IMG/VR virus record: IMGVR_UViG_3300033475_000019
From: a virus
DNA: 64,000 bases
Strand: one strand, 5' to 3'
The first letter of the stretch is position 1. Every line of letters starts with the position of its first letter. This document shows positions 9,048 to 16,202 of the stretch, piece by piece. Under the pieces are notes generated by a model. It was not told the origin of the DNA. It did no database searches and worked only from the letters and a program-made list of their open reading frames with translations. The position numbers and the translations under genes are program-made.

Positions 9048-9310
9048 TACGCCAACCTCCGCAGCTTGCTCGCGAACGGCAGCACCTTGGCGAGCGGGCG
9101 AATGGTCTCGGAGACCGTCTGGCCTTCAACGTCGATTGGGAACGGAGGCAGTGACGGCGGTTGGGTTTCGTCGTCGTCCGATTCTTCGACGACGCGAAAG
9201 GTAACGATGGTCAGGGTTGCGGTTTTACGGGTCATGGTCTTCGTGCTCAGGGCGGTTGCGGCACTCCCGAGGCTGGGGCGTTCGTCGGTGGCGTGGAGGG
9301 GTTGAGCCAC
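9047..9310 (-). CDS. hypothetical protein (start uncertain: GTG 9310 or ATG 9235)
   Basis: Stop overlaps the downstream ATG (TAATG context). Acidic and Pro-rich. Confidence 0.4.
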   Translation of the reverse strand: MAQPLHATDERPSLGSAATALSTKTMTRKTATLTIVTFRVVEESDDDETQPPSLPPFPIDVEGQTVSETIRPLAKVLPFASKLRRLA

Positions 9311-9338
9311 CGGGAGCGCCGCAGCCTCGGAGGGACTG

Positions 9339-9617
9339 CTACTCGGCTGCCGTGACCTCCAGGCGCATTGCCGTGACGTCGACCAGGTCGGCCGACGCGA
9401 CCTTCAAGCGGTGGCGCGCGGACCGCAGCTCACCGCGATAGGCGTTCGGGCAAGTCTCCTCAGGCAGCAGGCGTGCGATGGTCGTTGAGCTGGCGTCGAT
9501 GTCGGCGCGGATGGCGCGCTCAACGCTGGAGCGGAGCGGCTCGCCTTCGAGGTCGAAGCCGTCGGCGTCCACCGTGCGGGCGGCGTAGACGGTGGCGAGG
9601 GCGCGGAGGCTGATCAC
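9339..9617 (-). CDS. hypothetical protein
   Basis: GTG at 9617 overlaps the upstream TGA (GTGA). The track extension to 9878 is Pro/Arg-rich junk. 92 aa. Confidence 0.4.
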   Translation of the reverse strand: MISLRALATVYAARTVDADGFDLEGEPLRSSVERAIRADIDASSTTIARLLPEETCPNAYRGELRSARHRLKVASADLVDVTAMRLEVTAAE

Positions 9618-9859
9618 GCGACCTCCAGGCTCACCACCGGCGCAACCTCGACCCAGCTCGTCGTCGTGACCGTGTGGTTGCCCTGGTGGCTCACGCTCTC
9701 GACGCGCTGGCGGTGGATGGGACCCTGGGCGCGGACGACCTCGTAGGCCGGGCCGGTGCTGAGTTGGCCGAGGGCGATGCGGCGGTCGAGGGCGCGATCG
9801 AGCGAGGCGGTTTGGCGGGCGAGGGCGCTGTTCGTCATCGGTAGATACATTCGTATCAC
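9614..9859 (-). CDS. first gene of the leftward operon, hypothetical (start GTG 9859, ATG 9850 or ATG 9838)
   Basis: ORF abuts the divergent regulatory region. No family recognised. Confidence 0.4.
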   Translation of the reverse strand: MIRMYLPMTNSALARQTASLDRALDRRIALGQLSTGPAYEVVRAQGPIHRQRVESVSHQGNHTVTTTSWVEVAPVVSLEVA

Positions 9860-9911
9860 CGATTACCAAAGTATCCACCCCGAAAACGCACTACGGTATC
9901 AAAAAGGTAGC
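9841..9911. promoter_or_regulatory. leftward-operon operator/promoter region (OL/PL-like) with GTATC-type half-sites
   Basis: GATAC 9844-9848, GTATC 9853-9857, GTATCC 9871-9876, GGTATC 9895-9900, GGTAGC 9906-9911. Same half-site as the perfect palindrome at 10669-10684. AT-richer than its surroundings. Confidence 0.5.
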
Positions 9912-10138
9912 ACCCCCACCTACACGGACAGGGTAGGACCGGCCTTGTCTAACTTCGATTGCGCGACCAGACGTGTCGGGACTATTACGTACCGGTGAAG
10001 CGTTAAGACACCCACAACACCAGCCGAGGGGACGGGATGCTGAAGTTCGAGCGGTTCGGCGCTGCCGTGAAAGCCACCTATTACGAAGACGGCAAGGCGG
10101 TCGGCTTCGTTCTCTGCGACGAGCGCGTAGCTCAGGAG

Positions 10139-10618
10139 CTAGCGACGATGGACGCGATTCTTGTTGCGCGGCGACATGCGCGACTCCGCCAGACGGGCAC
10201 GCTCAGCGGCGGCCTCGAGGTGCTGCCACCACGTGAGGTGGTCAAAGTCGGTTCCGGGGTCCATCGCCTCAACTTCGGCAATAGCCGCCGAGGGTAGCTT
10301 CTGCGCCTCAGCCATCGCTATGGCGCCAGAACGCTGCGGGTACTTCGGGTCGATCTTGCGAACACCCTTGCCGAACGCGAGCCACTCGGGCGGAACCTTC
10401 ACGAAATTGGCGAGCTTCGTGAGCGTTCCCAACTGTATGTCTGGATCTTCTGAGGAGCGCAGGCGGCCGATCGCACGGTTTAGGGTGCTTTCCGACATGC
10501 CCGCCTTTTCGGACCAGTCGCGCGCGCTCAGCCCATGCAGGACCATGAGGTGCTCGAGCCGCCATAGGAGATCGTCGACTTCGGTCTGCGTCACCACCCG
10601 ATCGTAGGCTGACTTCAT
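10139..10618 (-). CDS. XRE/cI-like HTH repressor
   Basis: 159 aa. HTH text LSARDWSEKAGMSESTLNRAIGR. Divergent from a cro-like gene. No LexA-like Ser/Lys peptidase domain recognisable in the C-terminal half. Confidence 0.75.
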   Translation of the reverse strand: MKSAYDRVVTQTEVDDLLWRLEHLMVLHGLSARDWSEKAGMSESTLNRAIGRLRSSEDPDIQLGTLTKLANFVKVPPEWLAFGKGVRKIDPKYPQRSGAIAMAEAQKLPSAAIAEVEAMDPGTDFDHLTWWQHLEAAAERARLAESRMSPRNKNRVHRR

Positions 10619-10627
10619 CGAAAATCA

Positions 10628-10686
10628 CCGCTGACAGGCGGGTGTAAAAAATAGCGGTTGCACACTCTGGTATCCGCGGATACCTT
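10628..10686 (+). promoter_or_regulatory. rightward early promoter/operator (PR/OR-like)
   Basis: A-tract 10646-10651, -35-like TTGCAC 10658-10663, 17-nt spacer, -10-like TACCTT 10681-10686. A perfect 16-bp palindrome GGTATCCGCGGATACC at 10669-10684 overlaps the spacer and -10. Confidence 0.55.
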
Positions 10687-10693
10687 AGTCCCC

Positions 10694-10993
10694 GTGACCG
10701 ACCTCGCCGCTAGGCTCGCCGACGCAAGGACCAAGGCCGACATCAGCCAGGAGGTGCTGTCCCGTGCTGCCGGGCTCAGCTCCCGGCTCGTGGGCATGAT
10801 CGAGCGAGGCACCCGCCCGAACCCGGGCCTCAACACCATCACGTCCCTGGCCGAGGTGCTCGGGGTGAAGGTGGCCTGGCTCATCTCCGGGGAAGGGGCT
10901 GAGCCCAAGGTCAAAGCCCTGCGACTTGCCGGTGAGGCCGCGCAAGCGAAGGTCGATGCGGCGAAGCGAGCAGCGAAGGGGCGAGCTGCCTGA
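10694..10993 (+). CDS. Cro-like XRE-family HTH protein
   Basis: GTG 10694 (VTDLAARLADARTKADISQEVLSRAAGLSSRLVGMIERG...). The track start 10658 is a TTG inside the putative -35. Classic XRE HTH. Confidence 0.7.
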   Translation: MTDLAARLADARTKADISQEVLSRAAGLSSRLVGMIERGTRPNPGLNTITSLAEVLGVKVAWLISGEGAEPKVKALRLAGEAAQAKVDAAKRAAKGRAA

Positions 10994-11196
10994 TGCGCCC
11001 CCGCTGCCCCGCCCTCCCCGCCGGCCGCTTCCTCACGCACGCCGAGCTTCAGTCGATCGCCGAGTTCAACCGCGCGATGGTCGCTCAGCAATCCGAATTC
11101 GACGCCGCCCACGCGCGCGTCGAGAGCGTGATTCGTCGCGGGGCGCCGAGTGGGGTCTGCATCGTCGACAGCTCGTTCAGTCAGGCGGTGGCGTGA
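10993..11196 (+). CDS. hypothetical protein
   Basis: 67 aa; ATG overlaps the cro-like stop (TGATG). Confidence 0.45.
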   Translation: MRPRCPALPAGRFLTHAELQSIAEFNRAMVAQQSEFDAAHARVESVIRRGAPSGVCIVDSSFSQAVA

Positions 11197-11199
11197 GCC

Positions 11200-11382
11200 A
11201 TGTCCCACTGCCTCGAACCCTGGTTCCTCACGTTCGGTCTGCTCGTGGTCTGCGCGCTCGCCGCGTTCTCGATCGGTCTCGTCGTCGGCGCCGACCTCAC
11301 GCGGGCGCGGTTGCTGAAGCAGCTTCGCCAGCAGGCGTGCGACGACGACCTGAAGACGTTCAGGAGCTTGAGTCATGAGTGA
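11200..11382 (+). CDS. small membrane protein
   Basis: 60 aa with one hydrophobic helix (WFLTFGLLVVCALAAFSIGLVVG). Confidence 0.5.
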   Translation: MSHCLEPWFLTFGLLVVCALAAFSIGLVVGADLTRARLLKQLRQQACDDDLKTFRSLSHE

Positions 11383-11635
11383 GGCGAAGCTGCGCCCCCT
11401 GGCCCGCTGCCGTGTCCCCGACATGGCACAGCTCCGCGAGAGCATCCGCCTCGACGTGAGGCGCTGCATGGCTTCGCTTCAGGCTGCTAGCTGCCCGGCG
11501 ATCGACGTCGCCTACCTGATGAAGGTGTCGCGTTCGACGTTGTACCGGTGGCGCAGCGGCGAAGAGCTTCCGGACCCCGTCCAACTCGAGCAGCTCCGAG
11601 CGCTCACGGCGCAGGTCACGCGGAGGGTTGGCTGA
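11375..11635 (+). CDS. HTH DNA-binding protein (CII/AlpA-like text)
   Basis: 86 aa; DVAYLMKVSRSTLYRWRSGE is a typical phage HTH regulator pattern. Confidence 0.55.
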   Translation: MSEAKLRPLARCRVPDMAQLRESIRLDVRRCMASLQAASCPAIDVAYLMKVSRSTLYRWRSGEELPDPVQLEQLRALTAQVTRRVG

Positions 11636-11874
11636 TGGCTTGCGCTCCTGCCTTCGACATGGCCGCGTTCACTGAATTCGAGCGCGAGACCGAGCGCCGT
11701 CTGCGTCGTGAGGGATTGTTCGACGCCGCGGATATCTACCGCGAGCACCTCGATCGCTTTCCTGCCAGCGACGTCACCGTATTCGATCGTGGCCGCCCGA
11801 CAGCGCTCGACGTGATCCTCGGCGACGCCGTCGACTGGAAGCGCGGCCTCACGATCTACCCGGAGCGCGAGTAA
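11635..11874 (+). CDS. hypothetical protein
   Basis: ATG 11635 overlaps the upstream TGA; 79 aa, acidic. Confidence 0.5.
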   Translation: MACAPAFDMAAFTEFERETERRLRREGLFDAADIYREHLDRFPASDVTVFDRGRPTALDVILGDAVDWKRGLTIYPERE

Positions 11875-11877
11875 GCG

Positions 11878-12135
11878 ATGCTAGCCGCACGCCTCGCTCC
11901 GGGTTTTCGCACGTCACCCCCTGTGGCGTCCCTGCATTGCGGCGGTTCGGTAGCGGGGCCGGTGCGCACTGAATCCGGCGTCATTGGGCGTCGGCGCGTT
12001 CAGTCTTGGGAAGGATTTGCAAGCGACGTGGCCGACAAGCCCGTGGCGACCGTGCCGCCTGGTCTGGTCGCGGTGCTGATGCTCGCCGGCTTCGGTGCCG
12101 GGCTCTCGTTGGGGTCGTTGTTCGGGCTCTTGTGA
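11878..12135 (+). CDS. possible small membrane protein (weak)
   Basis: 85 aa. Only the C-terminal 30 aa (LVAVLMLAGFGAGLSLGSLFGLL) look protein-like; the N-terminal part is low quality. Confidence 0.3.
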   Translation: MLAARLAPGFRTSPPVASLHCGGSVAGPVRTESGVIGRRRVQSWEGFASDVADKPVATVPPGLVAVLMLAGFGAGLSLGSLFGLL

Positions 12136-12196
12136 CTCTCGAGGCCCCGCTCTGGGCCTGCTTCGCGTTCCTGGTGCTCTTGGAGGTTTGGTTCCG

Positions 12197-12823
12197 ATGG
12201 TCAAGAAAGCGCTGACGGGATTGATGCTGTTGACCGCGACGGCCTACGCCGATGCGCCGAGCGCGCACGTAGCCTGGACGCGCGCCGCACTGGCTCGCCT
12301 TCCCATCGCCACCGCCGATCGCTCTCGCCTCGACGAGAAGCGCCAGCAGCTCGACGCGCTCGCCGTCGCCATGGCGCACGAGTCAGAGACGGCTCCGGTC
12401 ACGCCGCGCCAATGGGTCGCGGTGCTCGGTGCCATCGGCTTCCGCGAGTCGACGTTGTCGCTCGACGTGCAGGCTGGCATCTGCCTTCCGCATCAATGCG
12501 ATGCGCTCCGGCACAAGGATGGCTCCGTCGAGTTTCGCGCTCGCTCGGGCTTTCAGCTTCACCTGAACGACCACACCCGGCCAGTATGGGGCCAGCTCGT
12601 CGGTCTCGAAAACACGGCCGTCCAGGTCGCTGCGGCGTCGAAGATGGCCAAGGTCGGGCACTACCGCTGCGCGCGGCTCGGTGTGCCCTTCCCCGCCAGC
12701 GTGTTCCGCGGCTACAGCGGCGCTTCGTGCAGCTGGGAGCATCCGGGCGAGAAGGCGCGGATCGCGACGTACAATCTTTTGCTGGCGACGCCGGGTGTGA
12801 AGGCGAATGGAGGGGCGTCGTGA
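12197..12823 (+). CDS. secreted protein, lytic-transglycosylase (SLT)-like
   Basis: ATG 12197 follows GGAGG. Signal peptide MVKKALTGLMLLTATAYA/DAP. LGAIGFRESTLSLDV resembles the catalytic E-S motif of SLT domains (weak, from memory). Confidence 0.55.
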   Translation: MVKKALTGLMLLTATAYADAPSAHVAWTRAALARLPIATADRSRLDEKRQQLDALAVAMAHESETAPVTPRQWVAVLGAIGFRESTLSLDVQAGICLPHQCDALRHKDGSVEFRARSGFQLHLNDHTRPVWGQLVGLENTAVQVAAASKMAKVGHYRCARLGVPFPASVFRGYSGASCSWEHPGEKARIATYNLLLATPGVKANGGAS

Positions 12824-12948
12824 GGGACATAGCCTTGCTTTGCATCGCCATGGCGCTGGTCGGGCTGCAGTGCTCGGTCACTGAAGCCGGTCGCGAGATA
12901 GCGCGTGCCGGTCGTGACGTCGCCAGCGCGATCAGGAGCTGCCGATGA
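12820..12948 (+). CDS. small membrane/secreted peptide (42 aa)
   Basis: GTG 12820 overlaps the upstream TGA (GTGA). Hydrophobic N-terminus IALLCIAMALVGLQC. Coupled (ATGA) to the next gene. Confidence 0.35.
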   Translation: MRDIALLCIAMALVGLQCSVTEAGREIARAGRDVASAIRSCR

Positions 12949-13199
12949 CCTCCCGCTACAGCACACCCCCAAGCGCCGAAAAGCTCGAGTCCAGCACGCG
13001 CAAGCTCACCAGCTCACTCGACGCGCTCGAGCGCAAGGTGGGCCACCTGCCGACGCCGGTCGCTGTGCGGGTGGCGAGCGTTGAGTTGACGGATGAGCAG
13101 AGGTTGGCCTTCTGCCACGAGCTCCGCCAGCGCATGGGTGTGCTGCCGGATGCAGTGGCGGTTTACGAGGCGGAGACGAAGGGGAGGCTTTTAAAATGA
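12945..13199 (+). CDS. hypothetical protein
   Basis: 84 aa; ATGA coupling on both sides. Confidence 0.5.
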   Translation: MTSRYSTPPSAEKLESSTRKLTSSLDALERKVGHLPTPVAVRVASVELTDEQRLAFCHELRQRMGVLPDAVAVYEAETKGRLLK

Positions 13200-13573
13200 T
13201 TCTCGCGTCGACACTGGTTTACATCGCCGGCCCTTTCAGCGGAGCCGACCGCGGAGCCGTCGAGGCCAACATCCACCGGGCAGCGCTCCGCGGGGTCGAG
13301 GTAGCCAAGCTCGGCGCTTGCCCGATCGTGCCGCACAGCAACACGTCACTCCCGGAGTACGAGCACGTGCAGCCGTACAAGTTTTGGATCGCTGCCACGC
13401 TCGAGATGATGCGGCGCTGCGACGCCCTGCTCACGGTCGACGGTTGGGAGCTGTCGAGCGGCGCGCGCGGGGAGGTCAACGCGATGCAGAAGATGGGCAA
13501 GCCGGTGTTTCACGACCTGGACCATTTGCGCATGTGGCTCAACGGTCGCCGGCTGGAGATCTTGGAGTCATGA
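13196..13573 (+). CDS. DUF4406/nucleoside 2-deoxyribosyltransferase-like protein
   Basis: 125 aa. The pattern VYIAGPFSG...N...A...G..PIVPH...W......L..CDALL.V.GWE.SSGARGE...A...GKPVF matches my memory of the DUF4406/NDT-like fold family. Confidence 0.6.
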   Translation: MILASTLVYIAGPFSGADRGAVEANIHRAALRGVEVAKLGACPIVPHSNTSLPEYEHVQPYKFWIAATLEMMRRCDALLTVDGWELSSGARGEVNAMQKMGKPVFHDLDHLRMWLNGRRLEILES

Positions 13574-13785
13574 AAAGCGCCAAGCCCCTCACCGCTCCCG
13601 AAGGCGCCGAGGTCTTCACACTCCAGCAGGCGGCCGCTTTTCTTCAGACTTCGCCCCACACCCTCATGAAGCGCGCCGCCACGGGCGAGCTCCCCGGCCG
13701 CCGTCTCGGCTCGGAGTGGCGCTTCACCCGCACCGATCTGCTCAACTGGATCAGCAATGGCAATCGTCCAGCGAAAACTGCGTAA
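13570..13785 (+). CDS. excisionase-family (MerR-like) HTH protein
   Basis: ATG 13570 (ATGA overlap). FTLQQAAAFLQTSPHTLMKRAATGELPGRRLGSEWRFTRTDLLNWI is the classic excisionase-type HTH pattern. Overlaps the int start by 29 nt. Confidence 0.7.
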   Translation: MKSAKPLTAPEGAEVFTLQQAAAFLQTSPHTLMKRAATGELPGRRLGSEWRFTRTDLLNWISNGNRPAKTA

Positions 13786-15205
13786 CGGCAAAACCGCCAA
13801 CTGGATCGTTCTGCGTTGGCAGGGCGAGCAGGAGTGGATCCACGGCGGCTACGACGCGCGCGCGGCCAAGCGCCAGCACGACGAGATCGCCAAGCAGATC
13901 GAGGCGAAGACCTACGTGCCCGGCGTCTCGAAGCGCTGCACCAATGCCGCCTGGCTCGAGCGCTACCTGGACTGGCGCGAGACCGAGTCGAAGGGCCCGC
14001 CGTACGAGCGCCAGGCTCTCGAGCACCACGTGCTGAGCGTGACCTGGTTCGGTGAGCTGGCCGTATCCGACACGCGCCCCAAGGACGTCGAGCGCCTCAT
14101 CAGCGAGATCCGCAAAGTGGGCAAGATCGGCGAGAAGACCATCGCGAACACGTTCACGGTGTTGAGCGGCGCCTTTAAGCGCGCCGTGTTCGAAGAGCTG
14201 CGCAGCGACAACCCCTGCGAGGGGCTGCCGCCCGGCACCATCCGCCGCCGCTCGGCCAAGAAGAAGCGCTTTCCCTACCTACGCTCCGAGGTCCGCCAAA
14301 TCTTGGCTTGCGAAGAGGTCTCGCTGCCGATGCGGGTGTTCCTGCACCTGGCCTTCTACACGGGCATGCGCAAGGGCGAGATCTGCGGCCGGCGCTGGCG
14401 CGATTGGGACCGCTTGGCCCAACCGCTCGGCGGCCTGCTCGTTCACACGCAGTACGACGACCAGCCGCTCAAGACCGACGACGAGGAAGAGGCGCACCCG
14501 CGCGTGGTTCCCGTCCACCCCGAGCTCGCCAAGGTGCTGACCTGGTGGTGGGCCGAGGGCTTCGAGCTGGTGTACTGCCGCAAGCCCCAGCTCGACGACT
14601 TCATCGTCCCGACGTTCGGCACGGCCGGCGGGCATTCGGCGTCCAGCGCCTACAAGGCGTTCCGGACGGCCATCAAGGTGGCTGGCGTCGCCAACCGGAC
14701 GCTGCACAGCAGCCGCCACACCTTCGTCAGCGTGGCCCGCTCCAGCGGCGCCGAGGGCAAGGTCGTCGAGCGCATCACCCACAACTCCGAGGGCGACGGC
14801 TTCGAGACCATCGAGACCTACACGGACTTCGAGTGGGAGGCGATGTGCAATGCCGTGCTGGGCGTTGACTACTCTGTTGATCGAAACGCTAGACCAGCGT
14901 TTTTCGTGGCTCCGACTCTAGGACTCGAAGCTGGGCCTAGCTCGGGAGATACGGGCGGTGACGGGTCCAAACACGTCGAAACCGATGGTTCAGAGGAGCC
15001 GCCAAATCACCGCCAGCATTGGGTTCCGCCTGCTCCGGTTGATCCGAGTCAAGTCCGCCAGGCTCGCCTGCTGGCGCTTGCGACCATCGACCCCGAGGGC
15101 GCCAAGCCCGGGCTCGCCGTCTGCCGGGCCGCTGACCGGGTAGCGACTGGCGACCTGGCCGGCGCGGTCGAAGAGCTCCGGCAGGAGGCGGTCCGCCGTG
15201 GCTAA
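13757..15205 (+). CDS. int: tyrosine integrase with a roughly 95-aa C-terminal extension
   Basis: 482 aa. Catalytic box RTLHSSRHTF...ERITHNSEG...IETYTD (R, HxxR, H, Y355). The ORF continues about 127 codons past the Tyr, through a locally AT-richer patch. Confidence 0.85.
   Translation: MAIVQRKLRNGKTANWIVLRWQGEQEWIHGGYDARAAKRQHDEIAKQIEAKTYVPGVSKRCTNAAWLERYLDWRETESKGPPYERQALEHHVLSVTWFGELAVSDTRPKDVERLISEIRKVGKIGEKTIANTFTVLSGAFKRAVFEELRSDNPCEGLPPGTIRRRSAKKKRFPYLRSEVRQILACEEVSLPMRVFLHLAFYTGMRKGEICGRRWRDWDRLAQPLGGLLVHTQYDDQPLKTDDEEEAHPRVVPVHPELAKVLTWWWAEGFELVYCRKPQLDDFIVPTFGTAGGHSASSAYKAFRTAIKVAGVANRTLHSSRHTFVSVARSSGAEGKVVERITHNSEGDGFETIETYTDFEWEAMCNAVLGVDYSVDRNARPAFFVAPTLGLEAGPSSGDTGGDGSKHVETDGSEEPPNHRQHWVPPAPVDPSQVRQARLLALATIDPEGAKPGLAVCRAADRVATGDLAGAVEELRQEAVRRG
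14907..14929 (-). other. tRNA 3'-end-like segment (candidate attP core) inside int
   Basis: Minus strand reads TTCGAGT-CCTAG-AGTCGGA-G-CCA: T-loop, 3' T-stem, 7-nt acceptor strand, discriminator and CCA in correct register. No 5' tRNA half. Adjacent hairpin AAACGCT-agacc-AGCGTTT at 14884-14902. Confidence 0.45.
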
Positions 15206-15503
15206 CGCCCTCCGCCTCGTCTCCGGCGGCGCCTCGCCCCGCTGCGCTCCGGCCCTCGGCCCCGTGCTGGCCTGGCACTGCGCGCTCCGCGACCTTGAGC
15301 TGGCCCAGGCGCGCGAGCTCGACCTGCTGGGCCGCCGCCTCTGCTGCCCGCTCCACGACCACCAGGCGCTGCTCGGGTTGTCGGACGAGCTGCGGGCCGC
15401 CAAGGCTGAGATCGACCGGCTGGCGCGGCGTGAGAAGGTCGAGCGGCTGAGGGCCAGCGGTCGAAGGTGGCTGCGGGTGGTGGGAGGGCGCGATGCCGGC
15501 TGA
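15198..15503 (+). CDS. hypothetical protein
   Basis: GTG start overlapping the int stop; 101 aa; coiled-coil C-terminus. Confidence 0.4.
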   Translation: MANALRLVSGGASPRCAPALGPVLAWHCALRDLELAQARELDLLGRRLCCPLHDHQALLGLSDELRAAKAEIDRLARREKVERLRASGRRWLRVVGGRDAG

Positions 15504-15744
15504 GCCGACCGACGTCCAGGTCCGCATGCTGACGGACGAAGAGATCACGAGGTGGTTTCTCAAAGTCCAATGGCGGCTCTCGGGGTTGGAGTGGCGCGCA
15601 TTCGCCGACGCCGTGAACGGCAGCCCGCGCGTGGCGGTGGACTTCGTCAACGAACGCCTCTGCGGTCGTGACCTGAGCGACGAGCTGCTGCTGGCGGTGA
15701 TGCGCGAGCTGCCGGGGCACGTGCGGAAGGCAGGGATCGGTTGA
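15493..15744 (+). CDS. hypothetical protein
   Basis: 83 aa; ATG start. Confidence 0.5.
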   Translation: MPAEPTDVQVRMLTDEEITRWFLKVQWRLSGLEWRAFADAVNGSPRVAVDFVNERLCGRDLSDELLLAVMRELPGHVRKAGIG

Positions 15745-16202
15745 TGCCTGACCGCGCCACCCTCCACGCTCACGACCACAAGGGCCGACGCCTCTCGCGC
15801 CCCGTGCGGAAGATCACGATCGGCACCCGCATCACGCTCGAAGAGAAGCGCCGGCTTTTCGTCGATGGCGAGCAGTACGAGCCGCACAGCAAGCCGCGTC
15901 TGCGCAGCGAATGTGTCGACGGCGCGCGCCCCTGCCCGTTCGTCTCGTGCAGGTACCACCTGTTCCTCGACGTCACACGCAACGGCGGCCTGACGCTCAA
16001 CTACCCCGACCTCGAGCCAGACCAGCTGCTCGAGTCGTGCTGCTTGGACGTCGCCGACCGCGGCGGAGCAACACTCGAGATCGTGGGTGAGGTGCTCAAC
16101 CTGACGCGGGAGCGCGCGCGGCAGCTCGAGGAGATTCTGCTGGAGCGCCTGCGCAAATCTGAAGCATTTCGCGAGCTGTTCGAGGAGGCCACCAATGGCT
16201 AA
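15744..16202 (+). CDS. sigma-70 region-4-like DNA-binding protein
   Basis: ATG 15744 (TGATG). RPCPFVSCRYHLFLDV followed by CCLDVADRGGATLEIVGEVLNLTRERARQLEEILLERLRK, which reads like a sigma-factor region 4 HTH. Confidence 0.6.
   Translation: MPDRATLHAHDHKGRRLSRPVRKITIGTRITLEEKRRLFVDGEQYEPHSKPRLRSECVDGARPCPFVSCRYHLFLDVTRNGGLTLNYPDLEPDQLLESCCLDVADRGGATLEIVGEVLNLTRERARQLEEILLERLRKSEAFRELFEEATNG

Noticed and set aside
10037-10297. 86-aa plus-strand ORF with a GAGGGGA SD, overlapping the 3' end of the repressor gene
   Set aside because: Only the first ~35 codons (in the non-coding gap) look protein-like. The remainder is Arg/Gly junk antisense to the repressor. It may be a short leader peptide or spurious, so it is kept out of the feature list.
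10615-11469. 284-aa minus-strand ORF covering the cro region
   Set aside because: It would run through the divergent promoter and the XRE-type cro-like gene. The text is Arg/Ala-rich.
14881-14950. A complete tRNA gene on the minus strand
   Set aside because: Only the T-loop-to-CCA portion is present. The 5' T-stem partner CTAGG is displaced by 6 nt, and no D-arm, anticodon arm or 5' acceptor strand could be found.
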